A stretch of DNA of 64,000 nt from a virus (lineage: Duplodnaviria > Caudoviricetes): positions 64,001 through 128,000 of IMG/VR virus record IMGVR_UViG_3300032295_003763. One strand, 5' to 3'. Positions 40,303-50,236 of the stretch are shown here, piece by piece; the stretch's first letter is position 1; each line of letters starts with the position of its first letter. The notes beneath the pieces are model-generated. The model was not told the origin of the DNA, made no database searches, and saw only the letters and a program-made list of their open reading frames with translations. The translations under genes were made by a program, and so were the position numbers.

Positions 40303-42500
40303 TAGAAAAACTCATCAGTTCAGATGAATTGATAGTTAAAACAATAGAAGAAAATTCTCAATCATTAAATGTATTGATTGATGGATTTTCTTCTATTATG
40401 TCCATGACTACTATTGATGGTGATAAATTAGAAAAGCAAATAGAAGAACAAAGTGAAAAAGAAGCTGAAACTATTAAAGGGACTTTAACAGAAAGTATAA
40501 ATCAATCATCTAGTTTATCCCTCGAACAAGTTGCAGAAGCTGAGGCATCAGTTTCAGAAGGATCTATATTATCCGATGAAACAATAAATAGTCTTATAGA
40601 TGTCATATCAAATGTACAAACCGTTTTAGAAAATCTTAATACTGAAAGTTTATCTACTGTATCAACTGAAACAACACCAACTACAGAAGTTAATACAGGA
40701 AATTTAACTCAAGTTATAGATGATTTTAAAACGCTTTCAAATTTAAATTGGTGTACAGATTGGTTGAAATGCTTAGAAAAGATAATAGAACAGGCAGATG
40801 TAGTTAAAGAAGCACTAGGTTCTATACCGAGTGATAAAAAGGTTTCTTTAGGTATAAATGAAGATGACTTAAAAAAAGTAGATCAATCGATTCAAAAAGT
40901 AAAAGAAGATATTTCAACGGATATAAATCTTTCAGTTGCTAAAACCGAAATGATCGAACAGGCTACTCAATCCCCAGCATCATCAGAACTTTCAACTGGA
41001 TTTTTAAATAATTTTTCAGATTTAACTGAAAAAATAAGTTCATTTACAGAAAAAGTTGAAAACAATACGGTATCTCAAGAATCTTTCGTTAACAAAGTAA
41101 ATCAGTTCTCTGAAACAACAAGTAAAACAATAGAGAATACATTTACTTCATTTAGTGATACTACAAAAACTATTCTTGAAAAACCTAATACCTTTGAAAC
41201 ACTTCTACAAAGTAAAGTAATAACTGAAACAAAGCCACCAATGGAAATTGGAGTTGGGTTTGAGGAAATGGTAAATATGCCTATGCCTCCTTTGAATCAA
41301 CCAGCAGTCCCCATGCCCCAACCTCCACCACCAGCTATTTTAGGTTCAGAGCAAGGTACTGCAATGTCTCAGTTGATTCAAGTGTTACCTATGCCACCTA
41401 TGATAACTGAAATAGGTAAGGAATCAGTTTTAGAACAAGGCACACCAACTACAAGTGCAGTAAAGCAAGAAGTGGTCAATATACCGCCACCACCACCTCT
41501 AATTAGCCCAGAAATGTCATTTGAGGGATTATTAGGTCAAATACCAATGCCTGTCATTTCTGCACCACTAAGTCCTTTAAATATCGAAGATCTTTTATCT
41601 TTTAAAAATCCAACGGTAGAAACGACTAATATTTCAACAGAAATTAATAAAGAAGAAATAATTCCTTTAGATTTAGAAAAATTGTTTAATTTTGAGCCGA
41701 AGGTAATACCTGGTGGTACAATTAAAGAAACAAATACAAATTTTATAGGATTGCAAGAACCAGTAGGTTTTGAACAATTAAGTAATATGGGAACAACTTT
41801 AATTCCGCAACAGATAGAAAATATGGGATTTCAGATTGAAGCAAATCCAGAATTATCTGGAATGCAGATTAGTCCATTTACTGGAACACCTGAAATTGGA
41901 ACAACAGCAAATGAAACTTCAGTTCAGAACATTCAAAATCTGCCAATATCGAGTTTCAATCCTTTTGAAAATATGTTTCCTATGAAAAACCCTACTACTG
42001 CAGTAGGCTCAGTCATGCCAGAATCTACATTAGAAAAACCAACTAATTTATCTTCTAGTATTGAAGAAATATTTATAAAAAATCAAGAATCACCACAAAT
42101 TAATTTAGGAAATGCTATTTCAAAAATTCAAAATGAAATGCCACAAGCACCTTCTGAAATAGCGGCTTCTACAGAAGTAATGATGAATGAAGTAAATCTT
42201 CAACCTTTGGAATCTACACTATCATCGTCTATCACATCTTTAGGAGAAAATTTAAAAAGCTCAACACCTGCTCAAGTAACTCCAGTTACAACTGAAGGTG
42301 AATCAAATAATAATGTAATGAATGAAGTTTTAAATATGTTAACTAAACTCGATTCGACACTACAGACACTTTCTTCTTCGCAAGGAAGAAATATAGCTAT
42401 ACCATCATTAGGAAATTCTCTCAGTGATGCTCAGGCTAGAATGATAGGAAGACAGATAGCAAATGAATTAAAAGACAGTTTTTCTAGATTGTATAATTAA
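40287..42500 (+). CDS. Large acidic Ser/Thr/Pro-rich protein in tape-measure-like position
   Basis: 737 aa low complexity; follows the gp26/gp51-like pair. Confidence 0.7.
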   Translation: MDNELIEKLISSDELIVKTIEENSQSLNVLIDGFSSIMSMTTIDGDKLEKQIEEQSEKEAETIKGTLTESINQSSSLSLEQVAEAEASVSEGSILSDETINSLIDVISNVQTVLENLNTESLSTVSTETTPTTEVNTGNLTQVIDDFKTLSNLNWCTDWLKCLEKIIEQADVVKEALGSIPSDKKVSLGINEDDLKKVDQSIQKVKEDISTDINLSVAKTEMIEQATQSPASSELSTGFLNNFSDLTEKISSFTEKVENNTVSQESFVNKVNQFSETTSKTIENTFTSFSDTTKTILEKPNTFETLLQSKVITETKPPMEIGVGFEEMVNMPMPPLNQPAVPMPQPPPPAILGSEQGTAMSQLIQVLPMPPMITEIGKESVLEQGTPTTSAVKQEVVNIPPPPPLISPEMSFEGLLGQIPMPVISAPLSPLNIEDLLSFKNPTVETTNISTEINKEEIIPLDLEKLFNFEPKVIPGGTIKETNTNFIGLQEPVGFEQLSNMGTTLIPQQIENMGFQIEANPELSGMQISPFTGTPEIGTTANETSVQNIQNLPISSFNPFENMFPMKNPTTAVGSVMPESTLEKPTNLSSSIEEIFIKNQESPQINLGNAISKIQNEMPQAPSEIAASTEVMMNEVNLQPLESTLSSSITSLGENLKSSTPAQVTPVTTEGESNNNVMNEVLNMLTKLDSTLQTLSSSQGRNIAIPSLGNSLSDAQARMIGRQIANELKDSFSRLYN

Positions 42501-42514
42501 AAAAGGAATTAATA

Positions 42515-43045
42515 GTGAATAATCAAAGTTCATTCAAAGGTAATTCTAAAAAAGATGACCCTAGAATAAATAATGAGATCATCTCTGAAACAGTTAGAGT
42601 TCTCGATGAAATTGGAAATCCAATTGGAATTATGAGTGTCCAAGAAGCTCTTACGATTGCTGAAGAAGAAAACAAGGATTTGATTGAAATATCACCTGAA
42701 GCAAAACCGCCAGTCGTAAAAGTAATTGAATACGGCAAATGGAAGTATAATAAGATTAAAGCTACTCAAAAAAATAATAAAGATAAGAAAACTACTAAAG
42801 AAGTTCGTTTTTCTATAAACATTAGTGATAATGATTTAAAAACTAAAATCAAAATGATAGAAAAGTTTTTAAAACAAGGTGATAATGTTTTAGTAAAAGT
42901 AATAATGAAAGGAAGAGAAAGAGTTAGAGAACAGTATGGTACAGATAAAATGAATAAAATTATATCAAGTTCTAAAGACTTTTATAAAAGTATATCTGAA
43001 GTCAAATTAGACAAAAACACTATTCAGTGCACAATGTTTTCTTAA
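42515..43045 (+). CDS. infC: Translation initiation factor IF-3
   Basis: PRINNEI, VRVLDE.G, DLIEISPEAKPPVVKVIEYGKWKY, KEVRF, FLKQGDNV, KGRE; GTG start with AAGGA 7 nt upstream. Confidence 0.95.
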   Translation: MNNQSSFKGNSKKDDPRINNEIISETVRVLDEIGNPIGIMSVQEALTIAEEENKDLIEISPEAKPPVVKVIEYGKWKYNKIKATQKNNKDKKTTKEVRFSINISDNDLKTKIKMIEKFLKQGDNVLVKVIMKGRERVREQYGTDKMNKIISSSKDFYKSISEVKLDKNTIQCTMFS

Positions 43046-43620
43046 ACCATTGGAAAATCAATTAGATTCAACCAATCCTCTTTATTATCTTTAAAATTAT
43101 TCCATGTTAAATCTTCGGGTTTAACATGGATTGTTTTTTGTGCCCCCCTTTTTATTATACCTATACCATGATCGATATCAAATACATACATAGTTAAATC
43201 ACTAAATGATCTAAAGTGCACCCAAGCTTTCCATACATCTCCAGTCCAAACCTTTGATTCTCTCGGAACTAATTGCTCCCTCTCCCTAGAAGGTAAACAA
43301 TCATGTACCATAATGATACCACCTGTATTTAAATATTTTAGAGAATTTTGTATGTCTTTTATGACTTGATCCTTTTCATGTAATCCATCAACAAATATAA
43401 AATCGAAAAATAGATCATTAGAATTAAAGAAATCATCAGATGTCATTTTATGAGTAGCAGATCTTGCATTATTATCAGGATCAACACTTAATTTATATAA
43501 GCATTTTATTTGATTAAAGTTTTTACCGTCTCCAGTACCAATCTCTAAATATGATTTATACTGATGTTTCTTTATGTAATTATTTATTAATAAGGTGTGC
43601 ATATCTCCTAAATCCTTCAT
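43042..43620 (-). CDS. Class I SAM methyltransferase (Methyltransf_24-like)
   Basis: YLEIG, FIFVDGLH, GGIIMVHDC, WTGDVWK. Confidence 0.88.
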   Translation of the reverse strand: MKDLGDMHTLLINNYIKKHQYKSYLEIGTGDGKNFNQIKCLYKLSVDPDNNARSATHKMTSDDFFNSNDLFFDFIFVDGLHEKDQVIKDIQNSLKYLNTGGIIMVHDCLPSREREQLVPRESKVWTGDVWKAWVHFRSFSDLTMYVFDIDHGIGIIKRGAQKTIHVKPEDLTWNNFKDNKEDWLNLIDFPMV

Positions 43621-44152
43621 ATGGTTTTAATAATAATATAGACAAACTAAATTTATTTAAAACATAATTAAAAGAAAGCTGATCACGTATAGAATTATTT
43701 TTTACCTCATTCCACCACGCTTCATTAAATTCTCTCATATATGGAGTATTTTTTCGTATCAAAAAACCACTCGCTATCATTCCATTATACTCTGGATAAT
43801 TATCACTTCTATACTTTTGTATTTGTTTAAATATTACTTGAGGATCGTCTTTTTTTAGACGAATACATTCATTAGCTTCTTCGTAAATACAATTTCTATC
43901 GGGATGTTTCCAAGTCACTATGTCATAATTAAAATCAAATTTACTATTCAAACATTCAAAATTTGAATCTATCCATATAGAAAAATCATGTTCTGGTAAA
44001 TATTTATGTGGATTTAATTTTATTTCTCTAGCTAATAGTCTAGGGTTTTTATTATTTGAACAGCTAATTCTATAAAATGGATAATCTGAATTTATGATTG
44101 TTCCAGTTCTATCATAGTTTCCTATATTAGCTGTATAAATAATTACTTTCAT
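43580..44152 (-). CDS. DUF616-like glycosyltransferase-related protein
   Basis: IYTANIGNYD, SIWID, HPDRNCIYEE, RDQLSFNY. Confidence 0.8.
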   Translation of the reverse strand: MKVIIYTANIGNYDRTGTIINSDYPFYRISCSNNKNPRLLAREIKLNPHKYLPEHDFSIWIDSNFECLNSKFDFNYDIVTWKHPDRNCIYEEANECIRLKKDDPQVIFKQIQKYRSDNYPEYNGMIASGFLIRKNTPYMREFNEAWWNEVKNNSIRDQLSFNYVLNKFSLSILLLKPYEGFRRYAHLINK

Positions 44153-44697
44153 TTTAATAAGTGTTTTGTACTTTTTATACTTCTAGAAAAATCTCCGCCT
44201 CTATACCAGTGATATACATATACACCATTCATTCTATACATTATTTGGTTTTGAGACAATGCTTTAAAATAAAATTCATTATCAATACCAAGCATTCCAT
44301 TTTCTCTAAATCCCCCAATATCTCTCCAAACCTTTTTACTTATTAATATTAATACCCCACTCATAGCATTTACTGGATCTTGAATTTGTGTAACTGAATC
44401 ATAGTAGTTATTAAAAAGTTGCAAACCTACTTCTCTATGATATTTCATATCATTTGTTTTTGGATCCCCATACAACTGCCAAGGACAACCTACTCTATTA
44501 GTATAACATGTAAAAAATCCTGATTCAGGATATTTTCTTACTATATCTTCTAATTGTTTTCCAAAAAATGATGTTGTAAAACAAGCATCTGCATCTAAAA
44601 AACAAACAAAATCGCTTTCACCTACTAAGTGCATAGAAGTATTATATGCAGCTCCTACATTTTTTCCAGTATTCCAAGGTATAATGTAATGTATCAT
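44149..44697 (-). CDS. GT-A fold glycosyltransferase
   Basis: GAAYN, VCFLDAD, IGGF, GIDN, YVYHWYR; ATG at 44697. Confidence 0.75.
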   Translation of the reverse strand: MIHYIIPWNTGKNVGAAYNTSMHLVGESDFVCFLDADACFTTSFFGKQLEDIVRKYPESGFFTCYTNRVGCPWQLYGDPKTNDMKYHREVGLQLFNNYYDSVTQIQDPVNAMSGVLILISKKVWRDIGGFRENGMLGIDNEFYFKALSQNQIMYRMNGVYVYHWYRGGDFSRSIKSTKHLLK

Positions 44698-44709
44698 ATT
44701 ATTCAAAAT

Positions 44710-44744
44710 AAAAAAACCCAATTATTATATAAAATAATTGGGTT
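44710..44744 (-). terminator. Rho-independent terminator
   Basis: AACCCAATTATT/AATAATTGGGTT with A-run. Confidence 0.65.
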
Positions 44745-44762
44745 ATTGTTTAGATTTTGAAT

Positions 44763-45005
44763 TTATTTATTTCCCATATAATTCTTTTTATATCTTTCTA
44801 TAAATTTCTTATATGATGTAGTAATCAATGGTGATTCCGATTTCATCAATTCTTCTTTAGCCTTAGCATATTCCTTCTCAGCAAATGGATACATTGTATC
44901 GCCTTCATGTGGCTGTACAAGATACTTTGGTGGATCATAGCTTTCTGTCTCGCCCTTATTAGCTTGTGCTAAATTTTGCATGTCTTTAACTGTTTTAATA
45001 TCCAT
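44763..45005 (-). CDS. Small hypothetical late protein
   Basis: 80 aa; GATATATA at 45049-45056. Confidence 0.7.
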   Translation of the reverse strand: MDIKTVKDMQNLAQANKGETESYDPPKYLVQPHEGDTMYPFAEKEYAKAKEELMKSESPLITTSYKKFIERYKKNYMGNK

Positions 45006-45061
45006 GAGATTTATTTATTTTTATTATGAAATTTCATAATCTACACTCTATATATCAAAAT

Positions 45062-48019
45062 TTAAATTGGATCTCTTAAAAATCCACCACCATTTTTACC
45101 AGCAGCACACCATTTCCATAAAAATAATAATAAAGGTATATTAATAAGACTTAATCTTTCCCATGTTGGAAGATCATCAATATACAGTGGCATAAGTTTA
45201 GTTATTTCTGGATCTATTTCATTCTTCGCTGGTGTAGATGGCGAAGGTGGTGGTAAGGTCGCACATAATGTAAAGCCTAGAGGTACACTAAAAACATTAA
45301 TTTTATTTTGTAATCCTATATTCTGTTGCTGTAATATTAAATTTTGTTTTTGTTTTTCAATTAAGTCTCTCGATTCTTGCTCAATTTCTTGCTGATTTTT
45401 TTGAATAGAAAGTTCTAGATTTTGTTTACTAAAAGTATTTTTCTTCAAATCACTTTCTTTATCAGCTATGTCCGATTTAAGTTTAGAAATAGTATTATTC
45501 AAACTAGCATTTTGATTTAGTTTTGAAGTTATTTCGGATTGCTTGCTTGAAATATCACCTTTAGCTTGCTGAATTTTTTGATTCGCATCAGGTGCTTGTT
45601 TATTTTGAATAGATTTTATTTCATTTTGCTTTGCATCTATTTCTCCCTTTAATGAATTTATTTTATTTTGGTTTTCATTTATTTTACTTATGTTTTCTGA
45701 TATTTTACTAGTATTATCTGCTATAGATTTTGACAATGTGGCAATTTTGTTTTGCACATCATTTATCTTTTTGGTGTTTTCTGTAATTTCAGATTTTCTT
45801 CTTTCTATATCTTTTTGCCTTCTTTCAAGATCTTCTTGGTTTCTTTTCATCCTTTCAATATTATCAGCTACTATTTTTTGGATATCTTTAACATGTTTAT
45901 CCAAATCTGAAGGTTTTAAAAGAGGTATATTAATTTCAGGAGAAGCATCTAATCTTTTACTAGTAGGCTCTTCCTTTATCTTACACATTGGTCTAATGGC
46001 AACTGGAAACCAAGCACTTTTAGGTCCAATTGGACCTAATGGACAATCAGATGTATTAAGTATAAAAACAAATGGAGAAGGTAAAACTCCACATTGGCCT
46101 ATTAAAACTACTATTAATGCAACTGGAGTATTTATAACCGTTAATGGTATCCAGATTATTGGACATGGGATAAATAAAGGTTTAGGGAAAATAGGTAAAA
46201 TCAATCCAACTGGCCAATGTACTGGTACCAAATTCATTATTGTTGCTAATGAACAAAATTTTCTCCACCATCTTAAGTCAAATATAGTAGGACTTTTAGA
46301 AGCATCCATTGGGATACCTTTATAATTAACATCACTACCTGCTGGTATATCTGGATCTTTTAAATCTGGTAATTCGCAACCTTGTGCTAATAAACTATCC
46401 TTTATAGTTGTATTTAGTTCATCAAAATATTTCTGAATTTCTATTTCTTCTATAGAAAGATCATCCAACTCTTTAATTAAAGGATCATATGTCTCTTTAA
46501 GTTTAATTGCGGATTTATTATAATATGACTTAATAAAATCAAGCCTATCTCCACCTCTAGCTATTGTCTCTATTCCCCATGCATAACCGTATTTATCTAC
46601 TACTTCAATTGCATTATTTATTTCTTTATCGAATTCCTCATCAGCTTTTTTGGAATTATTTATAATTTTATCAACGCCACCATCTATAGATAAATCTATT
46701 TTTCCAATGGATTCAATTAAAACATCTTGTAATAATTCTAATTTTTTATTACCATCTCTGGAAGTTTTATTCTTATCATATATAAAATTCGGAGTATTAT
46801 ACTTTTCAAACTTTATATCAATTTGTGATGCTAAATCTTTAATGTTTTTGTTTAGAATTTCTTTTAAAATTAGTAAATCTAAAAATACCCTTTCATCTAC
46901 TAAGCTTCTGATTATTTCATTCTGCTTTTTATTCAATCTTTCTATTTCAGAGTTCAAAGTATTAATTTTAAAAATATTAAGAGCAAATGTATTATCCTTT
47001 TCTTTTTGTTTTTGATTCCTTTGATTAGCTAAATCTCCCAATACCTTAAATTTTGGTTTATCCAGAGTATCTATAACTGTGTCCCAAAATCTTACAAATA
47101 TTTTTCCGATTTTTGCTTCTTGTTTTATTTGAGATATTCTAGTTTTAACTTGATTTAATCTCTCACCTTTTTTTTGTGATTCTTGAACTATAGGTTCAAG
47201 AACCTTTACACAATCTACAGCTACTTTGTCTTTTGGTCTATCTGTAGCATCATTTAAAGTATTTATATCCGAATTAATTATATCATCTCTCAATGTAGAA
47301 ATATCATTTCCATTTTTTAACGATTCGTTAGCTATTAATAATAAATTACCTATGTCTGTACGGCTTAATTCTTCCAATAAAATATCAGCAGGTGTCCCAA
47401 AGATATCTAAATTAGATAACGCATTAATAGCTTCATTCATTTGTGCGTTTCTATCTTCTAAAGAATTAGGATTATCTTCTGGTAAACTTGTATCTAAATT
47501 TTTAAATGCATCTTCAATACTTGTAGGACTACTTCCTTCTAATACCTTTGAGGGTTCACTAGGCGGAGCAACTGCTTCACATAATTTTTTAAAGTCCTCA
47601 AAAGTTACTTGGGGTGCTGGTGGTTCTTCTGGTTTACAAAAATTAACAGATGCTATATCTTCAAAGGTTATGGTAGGTAATTGATTTGTAACTTGAGCTG
47701 GAAGAACATTACACATAGCTTGTAATAATTCTTCTGGGGTAATATTATCTAGATCATTTCTAATTTCTGGTACTCTAGCACCCTCAACTATTGGATTTAA
47801 GTTATTTAGTGTATCGCTAATTTGTTTGACTTGTAAATCTAATTTTGATAAAGAGTCAATAGGATCCCCTACATTATTTGGAAGCAAATAATCCCCAACT
47901 TGAACTCCTTGTTCTATGACTTCTTTTTGAAATTCAATAGTTACATCCAATGAATTTTTAGCTAATTCACTGAGATCTTTAATATTTTGTTCTATTTCTG
48001 ATTTATAGTCAAGAGACAT
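45062..48019 (-). CDS. Large coiled-coil protein with a Pro/Cys/Trp-rich hydrophobic domain (probable virion protein)
   Basis: 985 aa; WWRKFC...HWPVGLILP...PCPIIWIP; long heptad run; late-type promoter. Confidence 0.8.
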   Translation of the reverse strand: MSLDYKSEIEQNIKDLSELAKNSLDVTIEFQKEVIEQGVQVGDYLLPNNVGDPIDSLSKLDLQVKQISDTLNNLNPIVEGARVPEIRNDLDNITPEELLQAMCNVLPAQVTNQLPTITFEDIASVNFCKPEEPPAPQVTFEDFKKLCEAVAPPSEPSKVLEGSSPTSIEDAFKNLDTSLPEDNPNSLEDRNAQMNEAINALSNLDIFGTPADILLEELSRTDIGNLLLIANESLKNGNDISTLRDDIINSDINTLNDATDRPKDKVAVDCVKVLEPIVQESQKKGERLNQVKTRISQIKQEAKIGKIFVRFWDTVIDTLDKPKFKVLGDLANQRNQKQKEKDNTFALNIFKINTLNSEIERLNKKQNEIIRSLVDERVFLDLLILKEILNKNIKDLASQIDIKFEKYNTPNFIYDKNKTSRDGNKKLELLQDVLIESIGKIDLSIDGGVDKIINNSKKADEEFDKEINNAIEVVDKYGYAWGIETIARGGDRLDFIKSYYNKSAIKLKETYDPLIKELDDLSIEEIEIQKYFDELNTTIKDSLLAQGCELPDLKDPDIPAGSDVNYKGIPMDASKSPTIFDLRWWRKFCSLATIMNLVPVHWPVGLILPIFPKPLFIPCPIIWIPLTVINTPVALIVVLIGQCGVLPSPFVFILNTSDCPLGPIGPKSAWFPVAIRPMCKIKEEPTSKRLDASPEINIPLLKPSDLDKHVKDIQKIVADNIERMKRNQEDLERRQKDIERRKSEITENTKKINDVQNKIATLSKSIADNTSKISENISKINENQNKINSLKGEIDAKQNEIKSIQNKQAPDANQKIQQAKGDISSKQSEITSKLNQNASLNNTISKLKSDIADKESDLKKNTFSKQNLELSIQKNQQEIEQESRDLIEKQKQNLILQQQNIGLQNKINVFSVPLGFTLCATLPPPSPSTPAKNEIDPEITKLMPLYIDDLPTWERLSLINIPLLLFLWKWCAAGKNGGGFLRDPI

Positions 48020-48057
48020 AAGATTACCTTTGTATAATACTCTATATATCTTAAAAC

Positions 48058-48081
48058 AAAAAAAGCCGTCAAAGACGGCTT
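48058..48081 (-). terminator. Rho-independent terminator
   Basis: AAGCCGTC-AAA-GACGGCTT with A-run. Confidence 0.8.
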
Positions 48082-48100
48082 CTTAAACTGTTTGAATTGA

Positions 48101-48472
48101 TTATTTCAAACGCAACAAATAAACAAGCTTATGTGTCTCGTTAATCATATCCAATACGATATCTTGAATTTCAATATTTGATGAAATAAATTTTTCAGAT
48201 GACATTTCACAAAACATTTTTGCACATTCAGAATAATATTCTACCAAATCAACATTCAATATGCCTTTAATTTCAATATTAGCATTTTGAAGTTCTGGTG
48301 TGCCACCATTAGGATTTTTGCCCTTTGTTACTTCAACGAATCTGTCTGTTAATTCTTGAATTGTTTCATAATAAGAACCCAAAGCAACATGACTAGCATA
48401 TGTATTTGTTTGCCAGTGCCAAAGTTGTGTTTGAGCTTGCAATTTGAGTAAAAGTGGTATGTACTTTTCCAT
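48101..48472 (-). CDS. Ferritin/Dps-like four-helix protein (DUF5856-like)
   Basis: QLWHWQT..YASHVALGSYYE...DRFVE...YLLRLK. Confidence 0.8.
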   Translation of the reverse strand: MEKYIPLLLKLQAQTQLWHWQTNTYASHVALGSYYETIQELTDRFVEVTKGKNPNGGTPELQNANIEIKGILNVDLVEYYSECAKMFCEMSSEKFISSNIEIQDIVLDMINETHKLVYLLRLK

Positions 48473-48516
48473 ATAAAAGGTTATTTTTATGTATATATCA
48501 AAATAATTAATTGTTT

Positions 48517-48867
48517 TTATCCAAATGATACATTTGAATCTATCATTCTTTCTCTGAGCATCATTTCTGATTCTCGTCTCAAGTCTCTTAAAGATTCTAT
48601 CTTAGCTTCTTCAAGTTCTAAAGAATTTTGTAGATCCATAAGTTCGTCTTCTAAACTATGGAATTCTACAGATTCATTAATTGCTAATTTCAGAAATCTT
48701 TCTCTTTCTTCTGCATTCTTTCCATAATTTCCGTCTGATCTCCTGATAGCATCAGTCTCAATATTGAATCGATTTTTCTCAATATTATGTTTTAAAACAC
48801 GTATTGAGTTTCTCAATTGAGCAGTTCTCATTCTACTTTCAATGAGTTCTTGAGTATTAAACTCCAT
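48517..48867 (-). CDS. Coiled-coil hypothetical protein
   Basis: 116 aa, predicted helical. Confidence 0.7.
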   Translation of the reverse strand: MEFNTQELIESRMRTAQLRNSIRVLKHNIEKNRFNIETDAIRRSDGNYGKNAEERERFLKLAINESVEFHSLEDELMDLQNSLELEEAKIESLRDLRRESEMMLRERMIDSNVSFG

Positions 48868-48891
48868 AATACACTATCCCAAAATGAATAA

Positions 48892-49098
48892 TTAATTAAG
48901 TTTTGAATTTACAAGTTCTATTCTAAGATCATCTAACTCTTCACTTGACATTTTATCCCATCCATTATTATGGATAGTATTTCTTATTTCTTCTGTGTCT
49001 TGTGGTAGAGGATACTTTATGTATAATGCTAATATAATCATTTTTTCTTCTTTAGACAAATCTTCAAAAGATTTATCTATTTGTATTTCGTTAATCAT
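48892..49098 (-). CDS. Small hypothetical protein
   Basis: 68 aa ORF. Confidence 0.6.
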   Translation of the reverse strand: MINEIQIDKSFEDLSKEEKMIILALYIKYPLPQDTEEIRNTIHNNGWDKMSSEELDDLRIELVNSKLN

Positions 49099-49175
49099 AA
49101 TAATAGGTTATGTTATCTATTTATTATATAACTTTTTATATGATTAAGAATCTGCAAAAATAGTAAGTTTAGGAA

Positions 49176-49514
49176 TTATATTTTATAATTTATTTGATAT
49201 TCTTTTAGTTTTGAATCGAAATGATTATTAAGACGCTTATAATTAAATTTTGCCATAATTTGATCAGCCATATCTAATAAGTTTTTGCTAATATCAGAAC
49301 ATGGGAGGATTATTAGATATCTTTCTTTATTAGTATCAGTTGAAGATAAAAATCGTATAGAATTTAAATTAGAGTTACTATTTAAAAGTTCATTTGATAA
49401 TGAAGTAAATAATCTGAACAGTTGATGCTCAAGAGGTGGCTCATGCTGTTGCATATAATTATTTATTTCATTATTTATCTGATTTTGTATATTATAGCCG
49501 TGAGGTGTAAACAT
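49176..49514 (-). CDS. Hypothetical protein
   Basis: 112 aa ORF. Confidence 0.6.
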   Translation of the reverse strand: MFTPHGYNIQNQINNEINNYMQQHEPPLEHQLFRLFTSLSNELLNSNSNLNSIRFLSSTDTNKERYLIILPCSDISKNLLDMADQIMAKFNYKRLNNHFDSKLKEYQINYKI

Positions 49515-49523
49515 ATTTGTATA

Positions 49524-49868
49524 TTAAATATTTCTAAAAAATTCATCATCGATCGAGATAAAATCTGTTGATTTTTGCTCATGGATTATATTCCATGTTT
49601 TAGCCATACCGTTTTTAATTACTTGAGAATAATAAGCAAAAACATTTTCAGATTTTTCAGGATTAAAATTTCTCCAATGTCTCATAACATCTGCTATACC
49701 AGAAGCTACACAATCTTCTCTATCCTCTGGATATTTGTATTTAAGAATCTTTGACATTTCATTAGACATTTTACAAATTAATTCAACAGCACGTGGTGTA
49801 AGTTCATCTCTTTTTTTCGATTCTATAATCTCTTTTAAAAGTTCTTTATTATTAACATACTGTGCCAT
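49524..49868 (-). CDS. gp55: Late transcription sigma factor (T4 gp55-like, short)
   Basis: YVNNKELL, YKYPEDREDC, NFNPEKSENVFAYYSQVIKN. Confidence 0.8.
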   Translation of the reverse strand: MAQYVNNKELLKEIIESKKRDELTPRAVELICKMSNEMSKILKYKYPEDREDCVASGIADVMRHWRNFNPEKSENVFAYYSQVIKNGMAKTWNIIHEQKSTDFISIDDEFFRNI

Positions 49869-49914
49869 TGTAAATCCAGATTATTTTTATTACTACATTA
49901 TATATCAATTAAAC

Positions 49915-49948
49915 AAAAAAAGTTCGTAAATGTAATATTTACGAACTT
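49915..49948 (-). terminator. Rho-independent terminator
   Basis: AAAGTTCGTAAAT/ATTTACGAACTTT. Confidence 0.75.
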
Positions 49949-49969
49949 TAAGTAATAAATAATATCTGT

Positions 49970-50227
49970 TTAAATACTAGCTTCTTTCTTTAAAGCTTCA
50001 ATATACTTCTCAAGGCTTTCTGCTGCATTTTTTACCTTTGTACTGTTCAAACTAGCCGATTCTAACTTTGTACCTAAATCTTTAAGATTACTTATGATTG
50101 TTGGTAATTGACTTATAGCTTGATTCATCGTAGCAACTGCTTTCGCTTTATCAGGTGCAGCATAAATGCTATTAGCATCTTCCTGCTCCTTTATCGAAAT
50201 ACCTAAAAATTCAGAAAAAGATTTCAT
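49970..50227 (-). CDS. Small protein with CTS-like leader
   Basis: MKSFSEFLGISIKEQ. Confidence 0.75.
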   Translation of the reverse strand: MKSFSEFLGISIKEQEDANSIYAAPDKAKAVATMNQAISQLPTIISNLKDLGTKLESASLNSTKVKNAAESLEKYIEALKKEASI

Positions 50228-50236
50228 TTATGTAAA

